Shown: positions 1 to 8,582 of the stretch, piece by piece
Layout: every line of letters begins with the position of its first letter
Numbering within the stretch: the stretch's first letter is position 1
IMG/VR virus record: IMGVR_UViG_2695420596_000005
Span: 1-28,070 of that record
Length of the DNA: 28,070 nt
Direction: 5' to 3' (one strand)
From: a virus
Taxonomy: Duplodnaviria > Heunggongvirae > Uroviricota > Caudoviricetes
Notes under the pieces: generated by a model
The model's input: only the letters and a program-made list of their open reading frames with translations
Databases searched by the model: none
Told to the model about the DNA's origin: nothing
Translations under genes and position numbers: made by a program

Positions 1-609
1 ACCCTGACGGCGCTGGCAGAGCTTGCTACATCAGCAGATAAACTCCCATATTTTACAGGGGCAGATCGTGCCGCGTTAACCGCGTTGACAAGTGTTGGAC
101 GTGCCATTCTTGGTAAAACCAGCACTCAGGGAGTTCTTGATTACCTTGGTTTGGGGGAAGGCTCTGCACTGCCCGTTGGTGTACCTGTTCCGTGGCCCTC
201 AGCCACACCGCCAGCAGGGTGGCTGAAATGTAACGGTGCAGCATTTTCTTCTGAAATGTACCCAAAACTGGCAAAGGCCTACCCCACCAATAAATTACCG
301 GATTTACGCGGTGAATTTATCCGTGGCTGGGATGATGGGCGCGGGGTGGATGCCGGAAGGGGCATCTTAAGCATGCAGGGGTGGTTAACAGGAAGTCATT
401 ATCATAATATTCGGTCATGGGATGCGTGGGATAACACGGTGTTGGTGCCAAATGACAAAGGAGGGGATAGTCTGTTGTCGACAGATAACGCCGTCCGGCA
501 AGGTGCAATTAACGGTAGATTTACCAGTCAATACAGAACGGAATCCTCAGAGGGGAATGAAACCCACCCACGCAATATTGCCTTCAATTATATTGTGAGA
601 ACCGCATAA
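1..609 (+). CDS. Tail fibre protein, 3' portion (5' end off-window): constant region joined to variable C-terminal cassette Sv1
   Basis: Frame 1 is open from nt 1. Translation TLTALAELATSADKLPYFTG...GEGSALPVGVPVPW matches the internal sequence of the full-length fibre at 12506-14119. Ends ...NYIVRTA; stop overlaps the ATG of the next gene (ATAATG at 607-611). Confidence 0.8.
   Translation, partial: TLTALAELATSADKLPYFTGADRAALTALTSVGRAILGKTSTQGVLDYLGLGEGSALPVGVPVPWPSATPPAGWLKCNGAAFSSEMYPKLAKAYPTNKLPDLRGEFIRGWDDGRGVDAGRGILSMQGWLTGSHYHNIRSWDAWDNTVLVPNDKGGDSLLSTDNAVRQGAINGRFTSQYRTESSEGNETHPRNIAFNYIVRTA
134..159. other. hix/gix-like 26-bp recombination site A (TTCTTGATTACC-TT-GGTTTGGGGGAA)
   Basis: Two 12-bp half-sites around a 2-bp core, 10/12 match of the left half to the remembered hixL half-site TTCTTGAAAACC. 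Sequence identity with the inverted cassettes at 1695-1720 and 2134-2159 begins exactly here. Confidence 0.6.
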
Positions 610-1220
610 TGAATAACGCGATATTAAATGATGACCTTATTGCCGTACAGGCAGGAAACATCGTCGTTTATAACTATGATGGTGAGACACGGGAATATAT
701 TTCCGAATCAACTGAATATCTTGCTGTGGGTGTCGGTATTCCGGCAAATTCCTGTTTAGATGCCCCGGGCGCACATAAAGCGGGCTATGCTATCCGCCGT
801 TCGGAGAATTTAAGCTCATGGGAGTATGCGCCAGACCATCGTGGTGAAACCGTCTATAGCACTGACACGGGAAACACCGAAGAAATCACGGCGCTGGGTG
901 ACTACCCGAAAAATACAACCACTATCGCCCCGTTAACACCATACGATAAATGGGATGGTGAAAAATGGGTGACAGATACTGAGGCACAACATCGTGCTGC
1001 AGTAGAAGCGGCAGAAACCAAGCGCCAGTCACTGGCTGATGCGGCAATGGCTTCCATAAGTCTGATTCAGTTGAAGTTGCAGGCCGGGCGGAAGTTGACG
1101 CAGGCAGAAACCACCCGGCTTAATGCCGTGCTGGATTATATAGACGCGCTGAACGCAATGGATATAAACATGGCACCAGATATCAACTTGCCGGAAATAC
1201 CACTGGCAGCAGCCAGTTGA
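609..1220 (+). CDS. Tail fibre assembly protein (P2 gpG / Mu U-like)
   Basis: 203-aa ORF immediately after the fibre gene with overlapping stop/start. Family assignment is by position and remembered similarity of the C-terminal region to tail-fibre assembly chaperones. Confidence 0.8.
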   Translation: MNNAILNDDLIAVQAGNIVVYNYDGETREYISESTEYLAVGVGIPANSCLDAPGAHKAGYAIRRSENLSSWEYAPDHRGETVYSTDTGNTEEITALGDYPKNTTTIAPLTPYDKWDGEKWVTDTEAQHRAAVEAAETKRQSLADAAMASISLIQLKLQAGRKLTQAETTRLNAVLDYIDALNAMDINMAPDINLPEIPLAAAS

Positions 1221-1226
1221 ATATAA

Positions 1227-1703
1227 CTAAGCCGCCCTCACGATATAGTTAAATGCAATATTGCGGGGGCGGGTTTCACTACCACCTGTGTTACCAATAC
1301 TTCCTCGTGAATGAAGCGTTGGTGATGGAATCAAACTCCCTCCTGTATTTGTGGCATCAAGCCCCCTGCCTTGCGTATATGTTTTTTTGAAAATTGTGGC
1401 CAACTCCCATTCATCCTTTGTGTCATATCCATCGTTAGCTACAACAATATGGCGGTGTTTTTCCAACATCCCGTTTTGAATGCTCAATAAAGCGCGTGCC
1501 GCATCAATTCCTCGCCCATCATCCCAGCCACGGATAAATTCACCGCGTAAGTCTGGTAATTTATTGGTGGGGTAAGCCCTTGCCAGTTTTGGGTACTTTT
1601 CAGAAGAAAATGCTGCGCCGTTACATTTCAGCCATCCCGTTGGCGGCGTGGCTGAGGGCCATGGAACGGGCACACCAACGGGCAGTGCAGAGCCTTCCCC
1701 CAA
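1227..1703 (-). CDS. Promoterless alternative tail-fibre C-terminal cassette Sv2 (inverted orientation)
   Basis: No ATG; the frame opens at the recombination site and starts GEGSALPVGVPVPWPSATPP. Its 158 aa are identical to the C-terminus of the fibre at 12506-14119. Confidence 0.65.
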   Translation of the reverse strand: MGEGSALPVGVPVPWPSATPPTGWLKCNGAAFSSEKYPKLARAYPTNKLPDLRGEFIRGWDDGRGIDAARALLSIQNGMLEKHRHIVVANDGYDTKDEWELATIFKKTYTQGRGLDATNTGGSLIPSPTLHSRGSIGNTGGSETRPRNIAFNYIVRAA

Positions 1704-1720
1704 ACCAACGTTTTCATGCT
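1695..1720. other. hix/gix-like recombination site B, inverted relative to site A
   Basis: Reverse complement reads AGCATGAAAACG-TT-GGTTTGGGGGAA; the cassette-proximal half-site is identical to site A. Confidence 0.55.
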
Positions 1721-2199
1721 GCCCTTACGATGTAATTAAACGTAATATTACGAGGACGAATGGTTACATAATTAACCCCATCACCTCGTGAAGGCCCTGC
1801 AAATGAAAAACGGGAAAAGCCTGGTTGGTTAGAAACAATTTGGTCATAGTTATTGATTGAATGACCAGACCCAATGTCGAAATTACCTCCGTAATGAGAA
1901 AAACTTGTACCATCCTGCCCTGAAAGCAGGGTACGTCCCGCATCAATCCCGCGCCCATCATCCCAGCCACGGATAAATTCACCGCGTAAATCCGGTAATT
2001 TATTGGTGGGATAAGCCCTTGCCAGTCTGGGATACATTTCAGAAGAAAATGCTGCACCGTTACATTTCAGCCAGCCCGTTGGTGGTGTTGCTGAGGACCA
2101 CGGAACGGGCACACCAACGGGCAGTGCAGAGCCTTCCCCCAAACCAACGTTTTCGTTTTTATCCCTACCTATACCAACTCTGTATTTTTCACGAAACAA
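1714..2199 (-). CDS. Promoterless alternative tail-fibre C-terminal cassette Sv3 (inverted orientation)
   Basis: Shares the GLGEGSALPVGVPVPW...KLPDLRGEFIRGWDDGRGIDAGR constant stretch and the C-terminal NYIVRAA with the other cassettes, with a divergent middle. No ATG start at the site. Confidence 0.6.
   Translation of the reverse strand: MFREKYRVGIGRDKNENVGLGEGSALPVGVPVPWSSATPPTGWLKCNGAAFSSEMYPRLARAYPTNKLPDLRGEFIRGWDDGRGIDAGRTLLSGQDGTSFSHYGGNFDIGSGHSINNYDQIVSNQPGFSRFSFAGPSRGDGVNYVTIRPRNITFNYIVRAA
2134..2159. other. hix/gix-like recombination site C, inverted relative to site A and direct relative to B
   Basis: Reverse complement reads AAAACGAAAACG-TT-GGTTTGGGGGAA. Confidence 0.55.
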
Positions 2200-2213
2200 A
2201 GAGGATGTTTTTT

Positions 2214-2813
2214 ATGCAAATTGGCTATATTCGTGTGTCAACAAATGACCAGAACACGGATTTACAACGCAATGCACTGAACTGCGCAGGATGTGAACTG
2301 ATTTTTGAAGATAAAATCAGCGGAACGAAATCAGCCAGACCGGGATTGAAAAAACTGCTCAGAACGCTATCAGAAGGAGATACGCTGGTTGTCTGGAAGC
2401 TGGACAGACTGGGCAGAAGTATGAAACACCTGATCACGCTTATTGAGGAATTGCGGGAAAAAGGTGTTAATTTCCGTAGTCTGACGGACAGCATTGACAC
2501 ATCAACACCCATGGGGCGTTTCTTTTTTCACGTCATGGGGGCTTTAGCCGAAATGGAACGTGAATTAATTGTAGAGCGTACACTGGCCGGGCTGGCAGCA
2601 GCACGCGCACAAGGACGCATTGGCGGACGTCGCCCGAAGTTGACAAAAGAACAACACGAGCAAATAGCGAGGCTGATTAAAAACGGTCATGACAGGAAAC
2701 AACTGGCGATCATTTACGACATCGGCATATCGACGATTTATCGTTATCACCCTGTAGGCGATATACAGGCTGAAGAAACAACCAGGCAGACTCAGGAAAA
2801 TAAAAACCGCTAA
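2214..2813 (+). CDS. Serine DNA invertase (Gin/Hin/Pin/Cin family)
   Basis: MQIGYIRVSTNDQNTDLQRNAL... is the conserved resolvase/invertase N-terminus with the catalytic Ser in the RVST motif; C-terminal HTH. GAGG Shine-Dalgarno upstream of ATG 2214. Adjacent to three inverted 26-bp sites. Confidence 0.9.
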   Translation: MQIGYIRVSTNDQNTDLQRNALNCAGCELIFEDKISGTKSARPGLKKLLRTLSEGDTLVVWKLDRLGRSMKHLITLIEELREKGVNFRSLTDSIDTSTPMGRFFFHVMGALAEMERELIVERTLAGLAAARAQGRIGGRRPKLTKEQHEQIARLIKNGHDRKQLAIIYDIGISTIYRYHPVGDIQAEETTRQTQENKNR

Positions 2814-2833
2814 TCTGACCATTAGCGGTTTTG
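2805..2833. terminator. Bidirectional hairpin terminator between convergent invertase and gpU genes
   Basis: AAAACCGCTAAT-ctgacc-ATTAGCGGTTTT, a perfect 12-bp stem flanked by A-run on one side and T-run on the other. Confidence 0.6.
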
Positions 2834-2839
2834 CGTTAA

Positions 2840-3334
2840 TCAAAACAGCCCTTTAACGGAGCTGGCCGCGCTGTTAAGGGATGATGTGACCTTATCTTTG
2901 AAGCCGGACAGCATATCACTGAACGATGAGGATTGCAGGCGCTCCCGCAAATCCTCATCACAGCGTTCAAGAGTCAGTGAAAATTCTATCTTTTTCGCCT
3001 TACCGTAGCGATCAAACTCGGAACGGGTCGTATTCGTTTCAGTCAGTACATACATGCCGTAAATCTGCCCGACACCATCAATCAGAGGCCAGGGGCGTCC
3101 TGTATATGCCTGCGTGGTCAGCAACGAAAGCGACACTTCGCCACCTGTAATTTCAGGATAAAGCACGCCGGAAAGCACGATGCGATCATCACCTGCGCCG
3201 ATATACTGCCAGCTTGCTGAACGGTTAACGCGTTCATTTTTCACATGCCGCCAGCTTTTGTTTTGCTGTAACTGCTGATGCGGCAATGTGCGCAGCTCAA
3301 AAACAAACATGCCGTAGATCATCATCATGGCCAT
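2840..3334 (-). CDS. U: Tail protein, P2 gpU-like
   Basis: 164 aa, MAMMMIYGMFVFELRTLPHQQLQQNKSWRHVKNERVNRSASWQYIGAG..., similar to remembered P2 gpU; lies directly downstream of the tape-measure gene. Confidence 0.8.
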   Translation of the reverse strand: MAMMMIYGMFVFELRTLPHQQLQQNKSWRHVKNERVNRSASWQYIGAGDDRIVLSGVLYPEITGGEVSLSLLTTQAYTGRPWPLIDGVGQIYGMYVLTETNTTRSEFDRYGKAKKIEFSLTLERCDEDLRERLQSSSFSDMLSGFKDKVTSSLNSAASSVKGLF

Positions 3335-3340
3335 GACTCC

Positions 3341-6148
3341 TCAATCTTTATCGTAAAAACTGCCACGTCCGGCACGGTCGCGTCGTTCCAATTCTGCCCT
3401 GACCATTTCACCGACCAGTTTCGCCAGTTCGCGGGGATTCTGCGTAACAACGTTATGCAGATGAACATGAATTTCACCGCCAAATCCGGAGACAACAGGC
3501 TCCCGGTTACGGGAAGTTGCAGGAACTGATGCCACTGGCGATCGTATGGCCTCCGCCACCGGGCGGGAGCTGGCCGCAACAACAGGGACCAGCGCCGGAG
3601 GCAGAGGAGTCGGGACCACGGGTGTGATGTTGATTGCGGAAGCAGGCTTACTGACCTGCGCAATCTTCCGCTCCTGCCACTCCCCACGAACAGCAAGTGC
3701 GCGGGGCAGATTCTTAAAGACAATATCGCCGGGGCCAATGCGTTTTTTCGTCTCATCAACCAGCTTACCTGTGTTATCAGCAATTTTGCTGAGTCTGCGT
3801 AGCGTACCGGTATTGCTGTCTGTGAGCGGTTTGTTGTCTTTGGGTTTATCACCTCCGGTGCCATTGCCATTTTCCACAGGCTTCGGCGGATTGATTTTCG
3901 CCAGGTCCCCCTGAAGCAAGGCAACCTTGTCCTGAAGAATGGCCGCACGCTGTGCGTCTTCGATTTTCTTGCGCGCCCTTTCCGCTTCATCCGGAAGGAC
4001 GCCAAGTTTTTCAAGTATCCACGCCAGCGTATCCAGTAGCATTTTTGCAGGCGTCAGAACAAGTTGTAACGCACCGCCAAGAACGTTACCGAATATCTCG
4101 CCAGCACTGGTACATTTATCCAGCGTTTCCTTGCTGGACTCCATCGGTGACAGCAGCGATTTAAACCAGTTAAACACCTGGCTGATCCCGCTTCCGATTG
4201 CGTCAAAAACAGGACCAAACCGTTCAAAGGTTTCGCGCAACGGGGCCAGCCTTTCCATAATCCCGCTGAACACCCCGGCAAAAAATGCCCTGATGGGATC
4301 CCAGTATTTCCAGATAAGAACGGCAGCTCCGGCAAGTGCAGCCACGATAAGACCAACCGGACTGAACAGCGCCCCGATAGCGCCTCCCAGTAAAGAAACG
4401 GAACCCGTCACCATTCCCCATAGTGCTGGCAGGACCCTGACAGCATTCATTGATCCGGTCAGGAGAGAAAAACCAAGACGCAGTTTTGCCAGCGGACCAG
4501 CAAGCACACCAATAGCCAGCGACAACGAGCCAACCGTTGCAGTCATTGCCAGCAACGCACCGCCTGCTATCAGTAGCTGGCGCGTCAGTGCCGGATGGGC
4601 CTGCGCCAGCGCCGTCACCCTTGATACCACCCGCGTGAGCCACTGCGTGACAGAACGCAGCGGACCGTCAATCAGATCTGCAATGCGGATGCGCAACCCT
4701 TCCCATGCACTGCCGAGTGATTTCAGATCGCCGTCAAGGTTGTTGGCCATAACCTTTGCTGTGCGTTCAGCCTCACCGCGCGCGCCTTCAAGTTCTTTTC
4801 TCAGTTTGGGTAAGGAACCGTCACCCGCTGCATCAACGAGCGCCATAAACGATGTGAAAGCCTCTTCTCCGGCAATGTCCTTAAAGAACGATACCCGGTC
4901 AACTTCCCCGTATTTGCGGGTGGCTTTATAAAGGTCGGCCAGCACATCCTCCATCGGGCGCATTTTGCCCCCGGCATCCGAGACGGACACGCCCAGCTCT
5001 TTCAGAGCTTCTGCCGCCGCCTTTGGCGGTGATGCCAGACGAGCCAGGCTGGCACGCATTGCCGTCCCGGCATCACTCCCTCTGATGCCCATATTCGCCA
5101 GCACGCCAGCCATCGCTGCGGCCTGCTCCAGCGATATTCCCAGCTTACCCGCCACCGGACCTGCATATTTCATGGTTTCGCCCAGTGCGCGAAGGTCAGT
5201 GTTGGTACGGGTAAACGCTGCGGTGAGTGTGTCACCGACCCGGTCCATCTGGTCAGCAGAAAGGCCGAACTGCGTCAGGATATTTGAGCCAATATCTGCC
5301 GTCTCGCCGAGATCCATACCGCCAGCCGTTGCCATGCTCAGCACTCCGGGAAGCGCAGCCTGAATGGCCTGCGGTGTGAAGCCAGCCATTGCAAGAAATG
5401 CCTGCCCACTGGCGGCATCGCCTGCGGTGAACTGCGTTTCAGAGCCAAGTTTTAACGCCTGCTCACGCAGCGCCTTAAACTGCGGGCTGTTCTGGTCGAT
5501 TCGCGTCAGCGCCTGAACGCGGGACATCTCTTTGCCGAACCCGATCGCGGGCTGCAAAAAACGCCCGGCAGCATAGCCGCCCGCCGCTGCCGCACCAATT
5601 GCCAGCGCACCACCTGTTTTCAGTTTTCCCGCGGTTTCCTGCGCGCGCGAATACCGCTCACGCGCCCGCGTTACACGCGCAAGCGCCTGCCGTTCGCGTT
5701 CAAGCTGGTTGTTGTACTGTTCGGTGCGTCTGATGGCCTGCTGGATGGTGTTATCGCTGCCTGTCAGGGAAATGCCGTGGCGTTTCAGCTCTCCGCCAAG
5801 TTCCCGCATTTTCTGAATTTCCCGTGTGCGCGATTCATTCAGGCGTTCAAGCCGGGTGCTTAACTGCTGCATCAGCTTTTGTTGTTTTTCGCTGAGCACT
5901 GTACCCGTGCGTTGTAACTGATTAAGAGCGTTAAGCTGGCGTCGTGCTTTCAATATGCCAGCATCCGCTTTACTGACAGCGTCACGGGCGCGCTCAAATG
6001 AACGCGCCTGACGCTCGAGATTTTTGATCGCCCCCTGCGTTCGCTGGATGGAGTCACCAAACTGCCCCATCAGGCGGCGGGCGTTTTCGGCAGGCCGGGT
6101 CAGCCTGTCAACGGCGCTGAAAGCGACCCGGATATCAAGAGTCTTCAT
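3341..6148 (-). CDS. T: Tail tape-measure protein, P2 gpT-like
   Basis: ~935 aa, Ala/Gly/Leu-rich with coiled-coil N-terminal part and hydrophobic glycine-rich central segment, positioned between E/E' and U. Start placed at ATG 6148 (MKTLDIRV); the tracked ORF begins at an in-frame GTG at 6184. Confidence 0.85.
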   Translation of the reverse strand: MKTLDIRVAFSAVDRLTRPAENARRLMGQFGDSIQRTQGAIKNLERQARSFERARDAVSKADAGILKARRQLNALNQLQRTGTVLSEKQQKLMQQLSTRLERLNESRTREIQKMRELGGELKRHGISLTGSDNTIQQAIRRTEQYNNQLERERQALARVTRARERYSRAQETAGKLKTGGALAIGAAAAGGYAAGRFLQPAIGFGKEMSRVQALTRIDQNSPQFKALREQALKLGSETQFTAGDAASGQAFLAMAGFTPQAIQAALPGVLSMATAGGMDLGETADIGSNILTQFGLSADQMDRVGDTLTAAFTRTNTDLRALGETMKYAGPVAGKLGISLEQAAAMAGVLANMGIRGSDAGTAMRASLARLASPPKAAAEALKELGVSVSDAGGKMRPMEDVLADLYKATRKYGEVDRVSFFKDIAGEEAFTSFMALVDAAGDGSLPKLRKELEGARGEAERTAKVMANNLDGDLKSLGSAWEGLRIRIADLIDGPLRSVTQWLTRVVSRVTALAQAHPALTRQLLIAGGALLAMTATVGSLSLAIGVLAGPLAKLRLGFSLLTGSMNAVRVLPALWGMVTGSVSLLGGAIGALFSPVGLIVAALAGAAVLIWKYWDPIRAFFAGVFSGIMERLAPLRETFERFGPVFDAIGSGISQVFNWFKSLLSPMESSKETLDKCTSAGEIFGNVLGGALQLVLTPAKMLLDTLAWILEKLGVLPDEAERARKKIEDAQRAAILQDKVALLQGDLAKINPPKPVENGNGTGGDKPKDNKPLTDSNTGTLRRLSKIADNTGKLVDETKKRIGPGDIVFKNLPRALAVRGEWQERKIAQVSKPASAINITPVVPTPLPPALVPVVAASSRPVAEAIRSPVASVPATSRNREPVVSGFGGEIHVHLHNVVTQNPRELAKLVGEMVRAELERRDRAGRGSFYDKD

Positions 6149-6396
6149 TGTCTGTATTCCCGCTGCGAAGTGCCGCCCGCTCACGCCAGCTAACCACTTC
6201 GCCGGGAGTCATCATGAAGATTTCGGCGGGCGACCAGTTAAAAATGGTGGCAATATCCGCCACCAGATCTTCGATGTGCTCAAAGCACACCAGGGTGATT
6301 ACGCTGCCGTCTCCTGCACGCTCTTCGCGCCAGAGTCTGGCTCGCTCATAAAATTTACAGCCACAGCGCACAACTGAATAAAATCGCGTGACGACA
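6135..6396 (-). CDS. E' extension in the -1 frame (putative E+E' frameshift product)
   Basis: An overlapping ORF in the -1 frame begins just 3' of an A7 run (T7 at 6396-6402 on the plus strand, codons ATT-AAA-AAA-ATG) at about codon 91 of E and runs to 6135. Confidence 0.45.
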
Positions 6397-6673
6397 TTTT
6401 TTTAATCATCACTTCATCCAGTTGTGGCGAGGTCACGCGAGGCAACAGCGTGAACATGGTATCCGCTTTCAGATTCAGCACATCAGACAGCGACAGACCA
6501 CGCAGGGATCCCGCCTGCTCAATAGCCCCGGTGATCTCCACATATGTGATTTTTTCGGCACCACGCTCAATTGGCCGGGAAAGTTTTACACCACGTTCGA
6601 CAGCCATATCCTCACCTGCCGTCACATCATCCGCTACGGTGTTATTCCGGGTTTCAGTATCGATATTTTTCAT
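6299..6673 (-). CDS. E: Tail assembly chaperone, P2 gpE-like (zero-frame product)
   Basis: 124-aa ORF with AAGGAG Shine-Dalgarno before ATG 6673, in the position between tube and tape-measure genes. Confidence 0.65.
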   Translation of the reverse strand: MKNIDTETRNNTVADDVTAGEDMAVERGVKLSRPIERGAEKITYVEITGAIEQAGSLRGLSLSDVLNLKADTMFTLLPRVTSPQLDEVMIKKMSSRDFIQLCAVAVNFMSEPDSGAKSVQETAA

Positions 6674-6728
6674 CAGTTGTCTCCTTTTCAGTCAGAGGCG
6701 ACGCACTGCGCCGCCTGCATATTACTTA

Positions 6729-7241
6729 TCAGCCAAGCCCGAGCGCGGAACGGATGCGATCGGGCACAATGTCCTTGCCGTCCTTCCGGTAAATGAAGTT
6801 CAGCAGGTCAATCTCCCACAACGGACGATCGTTAACACTCAGCTTGTAGTAGGTGTTTTTAATGGCGTAAGTGTGTGATGTGGCTTCGCCCTGTTTGGCT
6901 TCCCCCATATCAATTTCCGTCACACGTCCGCGCATTTCGACTTCATACAGGTCGCTTTCTGCATCGGTGTAATATTCACCCGCAAAACGCAGCAGCGTGC
7001 CGTCAATCGTGCCGCCATACTTAAGGAACAGCTCACGAACTGCGCCCCCCATGACAAAGCTCGCATCAAGCGCGGAGTCGTCCAGACCGAGATCAATACT
7101 TACCGCCCCCATCATGCCACCACCCCGGTAGCTGTCGGTTTTGCGCGTCAGCTTAGGCAGGGTGACGGACGTCACCTTACCCACTTCGTTTTCACCATCC
7201 ACAAACAGCGTAAAAAAGCGAAGATGTTTTGGCACAGCCAT
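6729..7241 (-). CDS. FII: Tail tube protein, P2 gpFII-like
   Basis: 170 aa, immediately downstream of the sheath gene; size and position match P2 FII. Confidence 0.8.
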   Translation of the reverse strand: MAVPKHLRFFTLFVDGENEVGKVTSVTLPKLTRKTDSYRGGGMMGAVSIDLGLDDSALDASFVMGGAVRELFLKYGGTIDGTLLRFAGEYYTDAESDLYEVEMRGRVTEIDMGEAKQGEATSHTYAIKNTYYKLSVNDRPLWEIDLLNFIYRKDGKDIVPDRIRSALGLG

Positions 7242-8425
7242 CAGGCACCTCCCAGCACCGCAAATGCGGGTTCAAAGTATTCATCAGTAAACGTCTGGTA
7301 AAGCTCCATGTCTTCCAGTGGCGGAACGGGCGTATATTTGTAGCGAATACGCACACGCCCCTGACGTAAATCCGTGGTGCTGTTATCCACCACGTCATAC
7401 CAGCACTCCGCGCCAATCAGTTTCCCGGCAGTCACCAGTGAATCCAGTTTTGCCCTGATGGCACTGATAACATCCTTCACGTTCGCAGGCGTCAGTGGAC
7501 TGTCGATGGTTTCAAACTGCGCTTCCGCAATTGAATCAGCCAGCACCTGTGCGGTTCGGGTATACACCTCAAAGATGTAGGCGTTCGTTTCCGGTGTGCG
7601 GTTGCCCCAGAAGCGGAACCCGTTGCGACGAATAATGGTCGTGATTTCTTTGTTGTTGAGGCTGTTGGCATCGCTGTCTTCGGCCTGCAACGACCAGAAC
7701 ACATGCCTCGACATCCCCAGCACATTTTTAACCGGAACGTTGGACAGTGATTTGTGCCAGCCCTGCTCATGGTCAATGTACGCACGAAGGCCGCACGCAT
7801 AGGCAGGCGCGGGGAACGTTTCGTTTTTGCCACTTTTCGGGTTGTAGGCGATGAAGTCCGGCCATAAGAGCATCACCTCACGTTCGTTGAATTTCTGGCG
7901 GTAGGTAATCGCATCAGCCATCGTGTCACAGCCATGACATGAGGCATACACAAACGCGCGCAGTTTACCCGCAATCACGCACAGGGATTTTGTCACCGCC
8001 TCCGTGTCCAGCTCCGGCGCGGCCAGAATACGCGGACGGTATCCGATGCTTTCATCCTGCTCTGCAACAAGCAGCGCATACATCCCCGTATAGCTGCCGT
8101 CAGATTCAGAACCACCGATAACCAGTTGATCCTGCGTCTTTCCGTCTTCTTCTTTGTGTTCAGCCACGCGAACGACGATCACCTTTGTGCTCACCTGGTC
8201 TGCGATAGCCTTAAGCGCACGATAAAGCGTCCCCGTTGTCCCGCATTTTCCCAGCACGTCATTGACGCGGGTCAGCAGTGTGGGCTTGTTCAGCGGGAAC
8301 AGCTTCGCGTCCGCATCATCCGCCGTTGCCACGATACCGATAACACTGGAATCAACATCATTAATCGCTGTTACCAGGTCGGTATTTTCCGTAACACGGG
8401 CACCATGAAAACGAGTTTCACTCAT
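7241..8425 (-). CDS. FI: Contractile tail sheath protein, P2 gpFI-like
   Basis: Start placed at MSETRFHGARV (ATG 8425, AAGGGG Shine-Dalgarno), giving ~394 aa, close to P2 FI size. The tracked ORF extends upstream to 8599 without a ribosome-binding site. Confidence 0.8.
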   Translation of the reverse strand: MSETRFHGARVTENTDLVTAINDVDSSVIGIVATADDADAKLFPLNKPTLLTRVNDVLGKCGTTGTLYRALKAIADQVSTKVIVVRVAEHKEEDGKTQDQLVIGGSESDGSYTGMYALLVAEQDESIGYRPRILAAPELDTEAVTKSLCVIAGKLRAFVYASCHGCDTMADAITYRQKFNEREVMLLWPDFIAYNPKSGKNETFPAPAYACGLRAYIDHEQGWHKSLSNVPVKNVLGMSRHVFWSLQAEDSDANSLNNKEITTIIRRNGFRFWGNRTPETNAYIFEVYTRTAQVLADSIAEAQFETIDSPLTPANVKDVISAIRAKLDSLVTAGKLIGAECWYDVVDNSTTDLRQGRVRIRYKYTPVPPLEDMELYQTFTDEYFEPAFAVLGGA

Positions 8426-8582
8426 AGCTTCAGCCCCTTGTATCCGTAAAATGATTCGGCAACAATCATCACCCACCACGCGCGTAATCTCACCCCTGCG
8501 CCGTTCTCCCGACCCGGCGACAACAAAAAGCAGTAACCCCCTCCGCACGCACATGCGACCATGCCGCACAGGGAGGGAACAG

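Noticed and set aside
53-274. 73-aa minus-strand ORF, with a near-identical copy at 12859-13080 on the plus strand
   Set aside because: Both lie antisense within the duplicated tail-fibre constant region; their duplication just reflects the fibre repeat.
3939-4931. 330-aa plus-strand ORF (and neighbours 3325-4014, 4224-4643, 4965-5363) inside the tape-measure gene
   Set aside because: Antisense or out-of-frame to the tape-measure gene, Ser/Ala/Pro/Arg-rich, with no start signals; the tape-measure call explains the region.
8451-8582. Upstream extension of the D ORF (MIRQQSSPTT...)
   Set aside because: No ribosome-binding site at 8451, whereas ATG 8583 has GGGAGGG; the extension would occupy the FI/D divergent promoter region.
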